Positions 16,101-23,953 of a stretch of 32,000 bases of DNA are shown one piece after another (the stretch's first letter is position 1; each line of letters starts with the position of its first letter). Both the position numbers and the translations under genes were made by a program. The notes below the pieces were generated by a model, which was not told where the DNA came from, did no database searches, and saw only the letters and a program-made list of their open reading frames with translations. The DNA is taken from assembly GCF_003231495.1 (NCBI RefSeq), contig NZ_PQWO01000007.1, positions 60,001 to 92,000 of the forward strand, written 5' to 3'. This DNA is from Acaryochloris thomasi RCC1774 (GTDB lineage Bacteria > Cyanobacteriota > Cyanobacteriia > Thermosynechococcales > Thermosynechococcaceae).

Positions 16101-17053
16101 GGATGACTCTGGTGGGCTACTTCAATTCCATGCGAGAACTAGGCGGCACCCGCCGACTCATAGACGATGACATTCAGCAGCGCCTCAACAAAATGGATCG
16201 GCGTGGACTCTCTAACCGCCGTCAGCTGATGGTCGAAGAACTCACCTCCCGAAAATCTTCAACGGATATTCCTAAGGTGCTCGACTGGATGGAAACCCCT
16301 TTCGTCGGTGAGCGAAAGCGCAGTAAAGATCGCCCCACCCCTCTTGATGTGTTGCTCGCCACTAACATGATTTCAGTCGGAGTAGACGTGGGCAGGCTGG
16401 GCATCATGGCCGTCACTGGTCAGCCCAAAACCACCGCCGAATACATTCAATCTACGTCCCGAGTTGGGCGTCAGCACCCCGGTCTTGTTGTCACTATCTT
16501 CAACTGGGCTAGACCCAGAGATCTTTCTCACTATGAGCGATTTGAACACTATCATTCCACGTTCTATCAGCATGTAGAAAGTCTTTCTCTCACGCCTTTC
16601 TCCCCGGGGGCAACCGATCGCGGCTTAGCGGCGCTGCTTGTGTCTCTCGTCCGGCTGAATAATGAAGAATACAATCTCAATAAGTGGGCTAGCCGCATCC
16701 GCCGAGATGATCCCTATATTCAAACCGCCATTCAACAAATTGTAGAGAGGGCTTGGCACGTGAGCGGCGATCCTGCTGTGCGAGATTTTGTGCAGCGCGA
16801 ACTCGACCATCGCCTAGACTACTGGCTCGCCCAAGCTCAAGATACTGAGGGCGGCAAAGAACTCGGCTATAAAACAGCCAAAGATGACGTTACCCTTGGC
16901 TTGCTGGAGCAACCTGGCAGTGAGGGATTGCAGCCGTTTACGTGCCTTAATTCCTTGCGCAATGTAGAACCTGCCATTGGCCTCATTCTCAATCCACAGG
17001 TTCCTGACGACGATACCAGCAGCCCCCCTCAGCCCATGCCCGTAACACCTTAA
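13148..17053 (+). CDS. drmA: DISARM DrmA, SF2 DEAD/DEAH-type helicase with a large N-terminal region
   Basis: Walker A FPTGGGKTEAYLG. DExH box IIQDELHLISGPLG. Motif VI YIQSTSRVGRQHPG. Immediately followed by a DUF1998 gene. ATG at 13148 (ATGA overlap with the upstream stop) is preferred over the TTG at 13124. Confidence 0.88.
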   Translation: MNIIQLPAQLPGVLNLSAVNQQLRTHAAQLDWSAVVNPEGPQLAQLLAGLDLSDHAESLGLDTVLADELGDAIMAYFDQADPPPEPPKKKATAPGSALTPEVWQQQELFEAEPLQLPPIRTASQADKTIDLDFYEEQPAEAVPDRILQAFTPYQIRQELEARVVKDLLGPAQGPQEELDVDRVSDRYLVGLLAPQKRDREAPIDALLELQDPLEVAGIETIEDGSSEQTRTATKTIFPSSLGMTFCVSHEAEAIYVIAGWGQYERTKGEYQETDKGNPKLIWKRYPIRKQSPSIPLRAGTLTDWRIHEDFAVFVKGKIRRQQGCWMISLFLVNDRTEPEKHADSAWLFQPELSVKSATEQTDIFLKKPHRRSADHKLDPVYYGEEQMMNMLYRQQVEFAVGHGVGVHASVLPNDPTRATQLATTVVPVSEVPKSTPPTAAEEPALKGLVLEMKVLAGLMPDALPDQLAALPMAYEQWIQGQRDRLTDPDEGLEDYQSSAHEALEKCDRALARIRAGIETLRTNPQAARAFLFMNRAMYLQRVRSIYSSKKRRGEAINLDAIDSPKWYPFQLAFILLNLPSTTDLTHRDRCHPTEAMSDLLWFPTGGGKTEAYLGLAAYTIGLRRLQGTIAGRSGAAGVAVLMRYTLRLLTLQQFQRATVLICACEVIRREDVETWGEEPFRIGLWVGMKTTPNRTQDSEAYVEALKARSLPPSGGSPHQLTSCPWCGTEIDEGRHISVSSFKKGKARTLVHCGDILGHCPFSRKQAKEEGLPVVVVDEEIYRRLPILLIATVDKFAQMPWKGETQMLFGRVNGYCDRHGYRSPEIEDSDSHPAKYGLPKAMTKSINNLRPPDLIIQDELHLISGPLGTLVGLYETAIDQLASWEIDGKTVRPKVIASTATIRQAQSQMHDLFLRKVDVFPPQGLDISDNFFSRQRSPGEDYPGRRYLGICATGRRLKAATIRVYTAILAASQDMFERAGDKADPWMTLVGYFNSMRELGGTRRLIDDDIQQRLNKMDRRGLSNRRQLMVEELTSRKSSTDIPKVLDWMETPFVGERKRSKDRPTPLDVLLATNMISVGVDVGRLGIMAVTGQPKTTAEYIQSTSRVGRQHPGLVVTIFNWARPRDLSHYERFEHYHSTFYQHVESLSLTPFSPGATDRGLAALLVSLVRLNNEEYNLNKWASRIRRDDPYIQTAIQQIVERAWHVSGDPAVRDFVQRELDHRLDYWLAQAQDTEGGKELGYKTAKDDVTLGLLEQPGSEGLQPFTCLNSLRNVEPAIGLILNPQVPDDDTSSPPQPMPVTP

Positions 17054-17063
17054 ATATTGAGCG

Positions 17064-18929
17064 ATGAATACTGAACGATACAAAGTCGGAGAGCTTCGCC
17101 CCAGCCAAATTATGTTTTCCTTTGGGATTGGCGCGGTGGTTGATCTGCCCAATCTCTCGGTGATGGTGATGGGCTTGAATGAGTGGGACACGGCTCTCTC
17201 CGATCCGCTGGCTGAGGAGCGATTGCTTGCAGCCGTGTGCGAAAAGCTAGGCTCACAGGTGCAAAAGCTGATCCCGCCCCCTGTGCCGTTGAGCGATCCA
17301 AGGGGGGCGATCAGTCCGCTGGGTCAAGCTGCAAAAGTGGGTATTCCTGTCTCGCCGTTCCCTGGCTGGGGGGTGTGTCAGGCTTGTCGGTTGCTGGCTC
17401 CCTTCAGCAGCAGTATGTTCACCCTCAAAAACGACCTCTATCGCCCTGACAAAACTCGCTATATCCACGGTAACTGTACGAAGTCGGGCAAATATCCCCC
17501 CACCGTTATTCCCGCCAGATTCTTGGTGGCCTGTAGCCAAGGTCATTTAGATGATTTCCCATGGCTATACTTTATCCATCGGGGTCAAGGTGAGTGCCCG
17601 GGACGACTACGGTTAGAAGAAGCAGGGATTTCAGGCTCGGCGGCTGATGTGATTGTCAAGTGCGATCGCTGCGGTGCATCCCGCTCAATGGCCGCAGCCT
17701 TTGGTAACACTGGTCAACAAAATATGCCCCAATGCAGAGCCCGTCATCCGCACCTGCGCAACTTCCACGACGACGGTTGCTCAGAGCAAATGAAATCCAT
17801 TTTGCTGGGGGCTTCTAATAGCTGGTTCCCAGTCACCCTCCCGGTGCTTTCGATTCCCGGAACCAGCAATTCCCTCGGTCAGCTTGTCGAAACCCACTGG
17901 GCCACGCTCAAAGAGATATCTGATGCCTCCCAGGTTGATCTGCTGCGGCGAATTGGCCAGCTCAAGGCCTTCTCTCAATATTCAGATATAGACCTCTGGC
18001 AAGAAATCCAAAGACAGCAGTCTCCCAATCCTGCTCAATCAGAAGACGTCAGAAACCTGAAGTTACCTGAATGGGAAGTATTGTCGAATGCCAATCCAGA
18101 CCTGAACACAGCCAACTTTCGTCTAAAGCCAGAAGGCCCACCCACTGGCTATGGCACCTATTTCACCAAAACTGTGCTCGTTGAACGGCTCCGCGAGGTG
18201 CGCGCTCTGATCGGTTTTACACGCATTGAATCTCCTGGAGACCTCAGCGATATCGGCGATATTAATGATGTTACTTTAGCGCCGCTCAGCCGAGAGCTGC
18301 CCAAGTGGGTTCCGGCTAGCGACATTCGCGGAGAAGGTATTTTTCTTCAGTTTCGTGAAGATGCGATCGCAAACTGGATAGAGCGCTATCCTGCCTTAGA
18401 AGCCTATGAAGAACAAAGCCACATGGCCCACACCCAATGGCGCTGCGCCCGCAATATTGATAACCCAGCCGAAAATTTTCCAGAACTGCGATATATGCTC
18501 CTTCACTCCTTTGCTCACGCGCTCATGCGTCAAATGGCTATTGAGTGTGGCTACGCAGCGGCCAGCCTACGGGAGCGCATCTACTCAAGCCGTCGAGGAG
18601 ACGATGTCTTAATGGCCGGCATCTTAATCTATACGGCCTCTCCAGATAGCGAAGGCACCCTGGGCGGCTTAGTCGGACTTGGGAAACCCGTCGTGCTGGG
18701 ACGACACATCGACCAAGCCCTCGAACAAATTGGCCTGTGCGCCTCCGATCCGCTGTGTGCCGAACACGAGTCACTGCAGGATGGCACCCTCCACGGCTCT
18801 GCTTGCCATGCCTGCCTCTTTAGCCCTGAAACCTCCTGTGAGCGCGGCAATAAGTATCTTGACCGAGCCCTGCTTGTGACAATGGTGAATCAAACCACCG
18901 AAAACTTTGCCTTTTTCCAGCCGGAGTAG
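17064..18929 (+). CDS. drmB: DISARM DrmB, DUF1998-domain protein
   Basis: Starts 11 nt after the drmA stop. Several Cys/His clusters (CQACRLL, HGNCTKSG, VKCDRCGASR). C-terminal DUF1998-type zinc-binding segment CASDPLCAEHE...HGSACHACLFSPETSCERGNKYLDR. Confidence 0.88.
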   Translation: MNTERYKVGELRPSQIMFSFGIGAVVDLPNLSVMVMGLNEWDTALSDPLAEERLLAAVCEKLGSQVQKLIPPPVPLSDPRGAISPLGQAAKVGIPVSPFPGWGVCQACRLLAPFSSSMFTLKNDLYRPDKTRYIHGNCTKSGKYPPTVIPARFLVACSQGHLDDFPWLYFIHRGQGECPGRLRLEEAGISGSAADVIVKCDRCGASRSMAAAFGNTGQQNMPQCRARHPHLRNFHDDGCSEQMKSILLGASNSWFPVTLPVLSIPGTSNSLGQLVETHWATLKEISDASQVDLLRRIGQLKAFSQYSDIDLWQEIQRQQSPNPAQSEDVRNLKLPEWEVLSNANPDLNTANFRLKPEGPPTGYGTYFTKTVLVERLREVRALIGFTRIESPGDLSDIGDINDVTLAPLSRELPKWVPASDIRGEGIFLQFREDAIANWIERYPALEAYEEQSHMAHTQWRCARNIDNPAENFPELRYMLLHSFAHALMRQMAIECGYAAASLRERIYSSRRGDDVLMAGILIYTASPDSEGTLGGLVGLGKPVVLGRHIDQALEQIGLCASDPLCAEHESLQDGTLHGSACHACLFSPETSCERGNKYLDRALLVTMVNQTTENFAFFQPE

Positions 18930-19743
18930 TCCTTTGCGACCCCTCTCCCCTCGGCTGCTCGCCCACATTCATCGAGTGGCTCAGCAGTTACCACAGTCGG
19001 TGCTCTCAACCGTGGCTAATTTTCTTGCTGACGTTCCTCAGGCAACTGATAGCAAAACGGCTTGGCTGCCTTTGCTTCAGCAGCTCCCTAAGCCTGTTTG
19101 GCGGCGAGCTTTCACGGATTTATTAGCCGTTTGGTCTGAGGACAATCCTGTATTACAAGGCGAATCTCTTGCGACAGCTTTATGCTCTGCGCATTACAGT
19201 ATTGAGCGCGCTGAAGAAGCGCTTAATATAGAAATTGTTTGGACAGGGCCAGAGGTCTCAAGAATTCCCGTCCGCCGCACAGAGCAGGTTTTGCTACAGC
19301 TCATTCGCGTCGCTTCAGAGGAGCTGACTTTGGCAAGCTTTGCGCTTTACAAGGTTCCTACACTCACCCAGGCCCTCATTGCTGCTTTAGATCGAGGCGT
19401 TCAAGTGCGGATTATTGCAGAAACGACTGCAGGCGACACCGTCGTACCCTTTGGCGTTAAAGCAGGGCTCGGTCAAGAAGTTGCTATGCGAGCGGAAGTC
19501 TACGAATGGGATAAAGCTAAAAGGCCTAAAGATAAAGCCGGTCGGCAGGGCTCTTTGCATATGAAAGTTGCGATCTCAGATCGTCAACGTCTTTTTATCA
19601 CGAGTGCTAATCTCACGGGCTATGCTATGTTGCTCAATATGGAAATGGGACTTTTAGTAAATGGCAAAGCCTTATCTTGTCAGGTCTCGGAGCATTTCGA
19701 TCAACTTATTCAGCAAGAAATCATTGCCTTGGTCGATCATTAA
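18907..19743 (+). CDS. drmC: DISARM DrmC, phospholipase D (Nuc-like) family nuclease
   Basis: Single HxK(x)4D(x)6(T/S)xN motif: GSLHMKVAISDRQRLFITSANLTGYA. The start is uncertain: TTG 18907 overlaps the drmB end, and TTG 18934 or GTG 18976 are alternatives. Confidence 0.82.
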   Translation: MPFSSRSSPLRPLSPRLLAHIHRVAQQLPQSVLSTVANFLADVPQATDSKTAWLPLLQQLPKPVWRRAFTDLLAVWSEDNPVLQGESLATALCSAHYSIERAEEALNIEIVWTGPEVSRIPVRRTEQVLLQLIRVASEELTLASFALYKVPTLTQALIAALDRGVQVRIIAETTAGDTVVPFGVKAGLGQEVAMRAEVYEWDKAKRPKDKAGRQGSLHMKVAISDRQRLFITSANLTGYAMLLNMEMGLLVNGKALSCQVSEHFDQLIQQEIIALVDH

Positions 19744-19905
19744 GTCTTGTTCTGCTCATCTTCGGCTACAGGAATTTGGTTCGGCGGCAGAATTATAACT
19801 TCACCATCACGCCAGACCGCAATGAATTCGCCCAGTTTTCGATGCCGCTCGAGTGCGTTTGCGATCTCAACGTCCCCCCTCAATCTTTTGACGAAGGATT
19901 TTCAT
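19740..19905 (-). pseudogene. Frameshifted paralogue of small ORF 1121-1300
   Basis: ATG 19905-19903 gives MKILRQKIEGGR then TGA. Removing one base from the six-C run at 19874-19879 yields MKILRQKIEGDVEIANALERHRKLGEFIAVWRDGEVIILPPNQIPVAEDEQNKT. This aligns along its length with the left copy (core RHR+LGE.IAVWRDGEV.ILPP.QIPV). Its TAA (19742-19740) overlaps the drmC TAA (19741-19743). Confidence 0.5.
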
Positions 19906-19985
19906 CTCTTGTTTATTTATCGAATCCCCCATAGATCTGCTGTCATGTTCCTTCAACAGAGATTTCGGGTGGCTCATCTATATTT

Positions 19986-21284
19986 CTAGGACTTCACAAG
20001 CGAGAAATGGGCGTTTTGTTCTGACCTAAGACGATCGCACATCCGATCTGCAGGCAACTCAACATCGTCGTAGGTTAACACCTGATCCTTTGAGAGGTCT
20101 CGCTTCAATCGACAGCCTTCTGCTAGCCCCATCGGTAAGAGATTCTGTGTCTGCACAACTTCAGCATTTTCACACTGTCCATAGGTCATGTAGTAGCCAA
20201 TTCCGTCGAGAGTCTCACCTGCCTTTAGATCCGTTTTGGCACAGGCAATCACATCCACCCTGGGTCTACCGAGCGGAGCCATTACCGGATCCTTAAATAA
20301 AACCGCCCGAGCTGCTGATAGGGGTACCTCAAAATGGCAGATATGGTAGGGCGTATAGAAGCTGTAAAGTGGACCTTCGCCGCGCTTGTAATAGTTGAGG
20401 TAATGTTGGTGCTTGGGATCATCATTGGTGGCGTAGATAAAGACTCCCGCAGCGGGCTGAGCGCCGACAACGTAATCAACAATGCCGCCCAGTTCTTTGA
20501 GCTGCTCCACATCGTATAGGTGGGTCATCTCATCAACGTGACCGCGAAAATCGTAGCCCAGCATTCCGCGCTGGGCGACCTGCATGCCGGTGGCGTTGGC
20601 GACAATCGCCTGCTCGAAGGAAATCTTAGTGCCGTCGGCAAAGCTAGTGACCATGTAGGCTGCCTGCTTCCATTGTTCAGCAAAGCTCTTTTGAGTGGTG
20701 GGGTTGCGATAGCGGTCCTGTAGCCCTTTGATGTTGCCGCAAAGTAAGGGGGTAAAGCCAATGCTTTTCACGTAGCGATAGAGGTTCATCTCCACCCCGG
20801 GCTGATCGCCATCGCAGTTAGAAATCACAACCCCTGCGCGATCGGCATGAACTTTCAATATTGGACCAATGGTGCCGTCCAGCTCTGCGTTCATGAGAAT
20901 GATGTGTTTGCCGTGGTTGATGGCTTCCACTACGACGTGGGTTCCAAACTCAATGGTTCCTGTGACCTCGATCAGTACGTCGATGTTGTCTGCTTTACAC
21001 AGCAAGAAAGGATCTTCGGTGACGGCGGATTTGTGGTTTGCGATCGCATCTTCAAGATCGGTCACAGTGGTGACAGTCTCAATGGCGTCAATACCCGCCT
21101 CAAGATAGGCACGTTTGGCACTTTCTGATTGCCGACTGAAGACCGCCACTAGGTCCATACCCGGCACTGAATTAATAATTTGATTGGCAATACCTCGCCC
21201 CATAAAGCCGGAGCCAATCATACCTACCCGTACGGGATTCTTCGCCTCGGCCCGAGCCTTGAGGGCCGTATCAATAATGATCAT
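19986..21284 (-). CDS. NAD(P)-binding oxidoreductase with a C-terminal SAF-like domain (COG4091-type homoserine dehydrogenase-like), probably modifying a sugar nucleotide
   Basis: Rossmann motif VGMIGSGFMGRG at the N-terminus. ATGA overlap with the upstream RmlC-like gene. Operon context with rfbG. The exact substrate is unknown. Confidence 0.75.
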   Translation of the reverse strand: MIIIDTALKARAEAKNPVRVGMIGSGFMGRGIANQIINSVPGMDLVAVFSRQSESAKRAYLEAGIDAIETVTTVTDLEDAIANHKSAVTEDPFLLCKADNIDVLIEVTGTIEFGTHVVVEAINHGKHIILMNAELDGTIGPILKVHADRAGVVISNCDGDQPGVEMNLYRYVKSIGFTPLLCGNIKGLQDRYRNPTTQKSFAEQWKQAAYMVTSFADGTKISFEQAIVANATGMQVAQRGMLGYDFRGHVDEMTHLYDVEQLKELGGIVDYVVGAQPAAGVFIYATNDDPKHQHYLNYYKRGEGPLYSFYTPYHICHFEVPLSAARAVLFKDPVMAPLGRPRVDVIACAKTDLKAGETLDGIGYYMTYGQCENAEVVQTQNLLPMGLAEGCRLKRDLSKDQVLTYDDVELPADRMCDRLRSEQNAHFSLVKS

Positions 21285-21838
21285 GATGAAATTCCTGCTG
21301 ACAAGGGGTGATCTTTAAGGAGAGCCCAGTTGGCATCTTTCTCTGAAATCATAGTCACCGGGAGCGGCCAGTCAATTTTTAGCCCTGGATCGCTATGTCG
21401 TAACCCCTGCTCGTGCCCTGGGGTATAAAACTCGCTGACTTGATAAGTGACTTCAGCATTGTCCGTCAGGGTTTGGTAGCCGTGGGCAAACATTTCTGGG
21501 ACGTAGAACGCTCGGCGATTTTCGGCTGTCAACTCAACCCCTACATGGGTAAGGTAGGTCGGTGAGTCAGGGCGCAAATCTATAATCACGTCATAAACGG
21601 CTCCCTGGGTGCAGCGCACCAGCTTCACCTCTGTTGCCGGAGGCGTTTGATAATGCATCCCTCGCAGCGTCCCTTTCTGGTGGTTGAACGAAAGATTACA
21701 TTGCACAAAAGTTGGCTTCAGCTCGTGGGCCTCAAACTCCTGGGCGCAGAAGGTGCGAGCAAAGCCCCCGCGATCATCCTCTCGCAGCTCTAAATCAATA
21801 ATATAGACACCTTGAATGGCGGTTTTTGTAAAAATCAT
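21281..21838 (-). CDS. dTDP-4-dehydrorhamnose 3,5-epimerase family (RmlC-like cupin) sugar-nucleotide epimerase
   Basis: Typical RmlC N-terminus and core: FTKTAIQGVYIIDLELREDDRGGFARTF...GTLRGMHYQ...KLVRCTQGAVYDVIIDLR...VPEMFAHGYQTL. Confidence 0.85.
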   Translation of the reverse strand: MIFTKTAIQGVYIIDLELREDDRGGFARTFCAQEFEAHELKPTFVQCNLSFNHQKGTLRGMHYQTPPATEVKLVRCTQGAVYDVIIDLRPDSPTYLTHVGVELTAENRRAFYVPEMFAHGYQTLTDNAEVTYQVSEFYTPGHEQGLRHSDPGLKIDWPLPVTMISEKDANWALLKDHPLSAGISS

Positions 21839-21895
21839 GGTGAGGTGATAACGATTGGCGGTTATGGATCGTCAAATTATCTGAGGTCAAAAAGG

Positions 21896-22978
21896 TTAAA
21901 CAGGTGGCTGACCACAGGTCTCATACTGCTCAATTTGCTGCTCCGTGAGCTGACGCACATCATCCCCGTTGAGATAGCTGCGGTACCACTCGATAATCCA
22001 GTTGAGGGTGGTCGCTAAGTCTAGCTTCGGCGACCACTTGAGACGGTTTTTTGCTTTGGAGCAGTCCAGTTTTAAGTAGGTGGCCTCATGGGGATTCACC
22101 TGCGTATCCAGCTTCCACTGAGCATTATCGCCCCAGAGCTGCGTGAGCTGTTCGACAATCCAAGAAACCGGTTTGGCATCTTCGTCGTTGGGGCCAAAGT
22201 TCCAGCCTTCGGCGTAGGCCTCGCCTGCATCCCAAAGGTGCTCCGCCAGCATTAGATAGCCTCCTAATGGCTCTAGTACATGCTGCCAAGGGCGAATGGA
22301 GTTGGGGCTGCGAATCACAACTGTTTCTTTTGCCATAATGGCGCGGATGATGTCTGGAATCAGGCGATCTCCGGCCCAGTCGCCGCCACCAATCACGTTG
22401 CCGGCTCTAACGCTGGCGAGACCGACCCCATGTTCAGCATAGGTTTGAGGTGAAAAATAGGAGCTGCGGTAGGCTGCCGCGACCAGTTCGGCGCAACCTT
22501 TGCTGTTGGAGTAAGGGTCATGTCCCCCCATGGCCTCATTCTCTCGATAGCCCCAAACCCACTCACGATTTTCGTAGCACTTGTCGCTGGTGACATTGAC
22601 GACGACTCGAATCCCTTCAGCCTGCCGAACTGCTTCTAGAACATGGACGGTGCCCATCACGTTGGTGGCGTAGGTTTCGACAGGGTGCTGATAAGAGTAT
22701 CGAACCAGCGGTTGAGCCGCCATATGAATCACAATCTCGGGCTGGTGCTGAGCGATGGTTTCCTGCAGATGGGACAGGTCTCGAACATCTCCCAGAATTG
22801 AGGTCATGCCATCGGCGATCCGAGCTGTCTCAAATAAGTTTGGATTGCTCGGCGGGGCTAGGGCATATCCCGTTACATCAGCTCCACTTTTCTGGAGCCA
22901 GAGCGATAGCCAACTTCCCTTAAAACCCGTATGACCGGTAACGAGAACTCTTTTACCGTTCCAGAATTTTGAATTCAT
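21896..22978 (-). CDS. rfbG: CDP-glucose 4,6-dehydratase
   Basis: Short-chain dehydratase with FWNGKRVLVTGHTGFKGSWLSLWL (GxxGxxG). Catalytic YSNSK motif (PYSNSKGCAEL). Length of 360 aa is typical of RfbG. Confidence 0.88.
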   Translation of the reverse strand: MNSKFWNGKRVLVTGHTGFKGSWLSLWLQKSGADVTGYALAPPSNPNLFETARIADGMTSILGDVRDLSHLQETIAQHQPEIVIHMAAQPLVRYSYQHPVETYATNVMGTVHVLEAVRQAEGIRVVVNVTSDKCYENREWVWGYRENEAMGGHDPYSNSKGCAELVAAAYRSSYFSPQTYAEHGVGLASVRAGNVIGGGDWAGDRLIPDIIRAIMAKETVVIRSPNSIRPWQHVLEPLGGYLMLAEHLWDAGEAYAEGWNFGPNDEDAKPVSWIVEQLTQLWGDNAQWKLDTQVNPHEATYLKLDCSKAKNRLKWSPKLDLATTLNWIIEWYRSYLNGDDVRQLTEQQIEQYETCGQPPV

Positions 22979-23235
22979 CTCTGCCTTTACTTCTTAGACG
23001 TCGTACAGCCGCAATAGGTTATGAGTTCACCAATACCACGGGCAGAGTTAGCCTCCGTAATATACCACAGGGTAAGCTGTCTTCCTATGGCTATCATTGG
23101 CTTACAGCCTCTCTTCTGATGGAGTACTATCCTAAATTAACGATGCGCCTTTCCTGAAATAATTTCCTCTGAATTGTTGCCAACTGTAGTGGAAAATATG
23201 GGGCTGGACTTGATCAACTCTTGTGGCCCCTGTTT

Positions 23236-23514
23236 CATGATGGTCTAATCCATCCTTCTAGAAAAGGCGACCCGTTACGAATAAGTTCTTTCTCGCTGGT
23301 CAATGCAAGGCGCAGCTCTGTCGCATTGCTGATTAAGAGTGCGGGTCTACTCGAAAGGCTGATCTCTACCGAAGTCAGCTATTTTGAGTTTCGCGTTGAT
23401 GACCGCTGCTGTGTCATCATTGAATCCTGCTCTAGCACCAGCCCCGACGTAATAATCAGCAGAGTTTGCCAAAGCCGCAGGCATCCCGAGGCCACAGGTA
23501 AGACTGAGTATCAT
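23236..23514 (-). pseudogene. Possible remnant of a small beta-barrel outer-membrane protein gene, frameshifted
   Basis: A 55-codon minus-strand ORF (23347-23514) reads MILSLTCGLGMPAALANSADYYVGAGARAGFNDDTAAVINAKLKIADFGRDQPFE, which looks like a signal peptide followed by OMP sequence. A different frame continues as SLSSRPALLISNATELRLALTSEKEL. The N-terminus lacks a normal basic signal start. Weak call. Confidence 0.25.
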
Positions 23515-23953
23515 GACAGTGGTGCCGTAAAATCCCCCGTAATTTCGTATAAATCTCTAAATCCTAATTGTTTAGGTGGTATCAAGCTCTGATAGCTCAG
23601 GCCTGGCCCATCGTCACATAATTTGTTCTAAGACATTTACAGAGCTATCCCACCGCTCCCTCAGCCTCTCGGCTTATCAAAGATTGTCATGAATTGAAAT
23701 GGATGAAGTCCAGCTAAGGTTTTACTTCTGGTCCGCACTATTTTTTCGTATATAGATGAGCAGTTGCATAAATACTTGAGTGATGACAGACAATTAGCTA
23801 AATGTCGTTGCAAAGGGGCGATTATGTAAAGATTTAGAGTGGCTTTTCTGTCGCTCATAATAGTGCCTGTATTCTATGAAATGCTTCGCTCTTAGAATAT
23901 GGTCGTTTTTCTCGAATAATTAATACTACGCTTAGCTGTCATTCATATGGATA

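Noticed and set aside
19918-19936. Possible att-like repeat of the tRNA-Pro 3' end (TCGAATCCCCCAT compared with TCAAATCCTCTCAT)
   Set aside because: Only about 10 of 14 positions match, and that requires a gap. The match is short, no integrase is present, and similarity at this level is expected by chance.
19677-19989. Plus-strand ORFs of 85 aa and 80 aa downstream of drmC
   Set aside because: They are the opposite-strand shadow of the frameshifted small-ORF paralogue, whose similarity to 1121-1300 identifies the true coding strand.
23221-23858. ORFs of 123 aa (plus strand) and 65 aa (minus strand) in the AT-rich region upstream of NOX5
   Set aside because: They have no motifs and odd composition. 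The 123-aa ORF overlaps a more protein-like but broken minus-strand reading frame. They are probably noncoding or decayed DNA.
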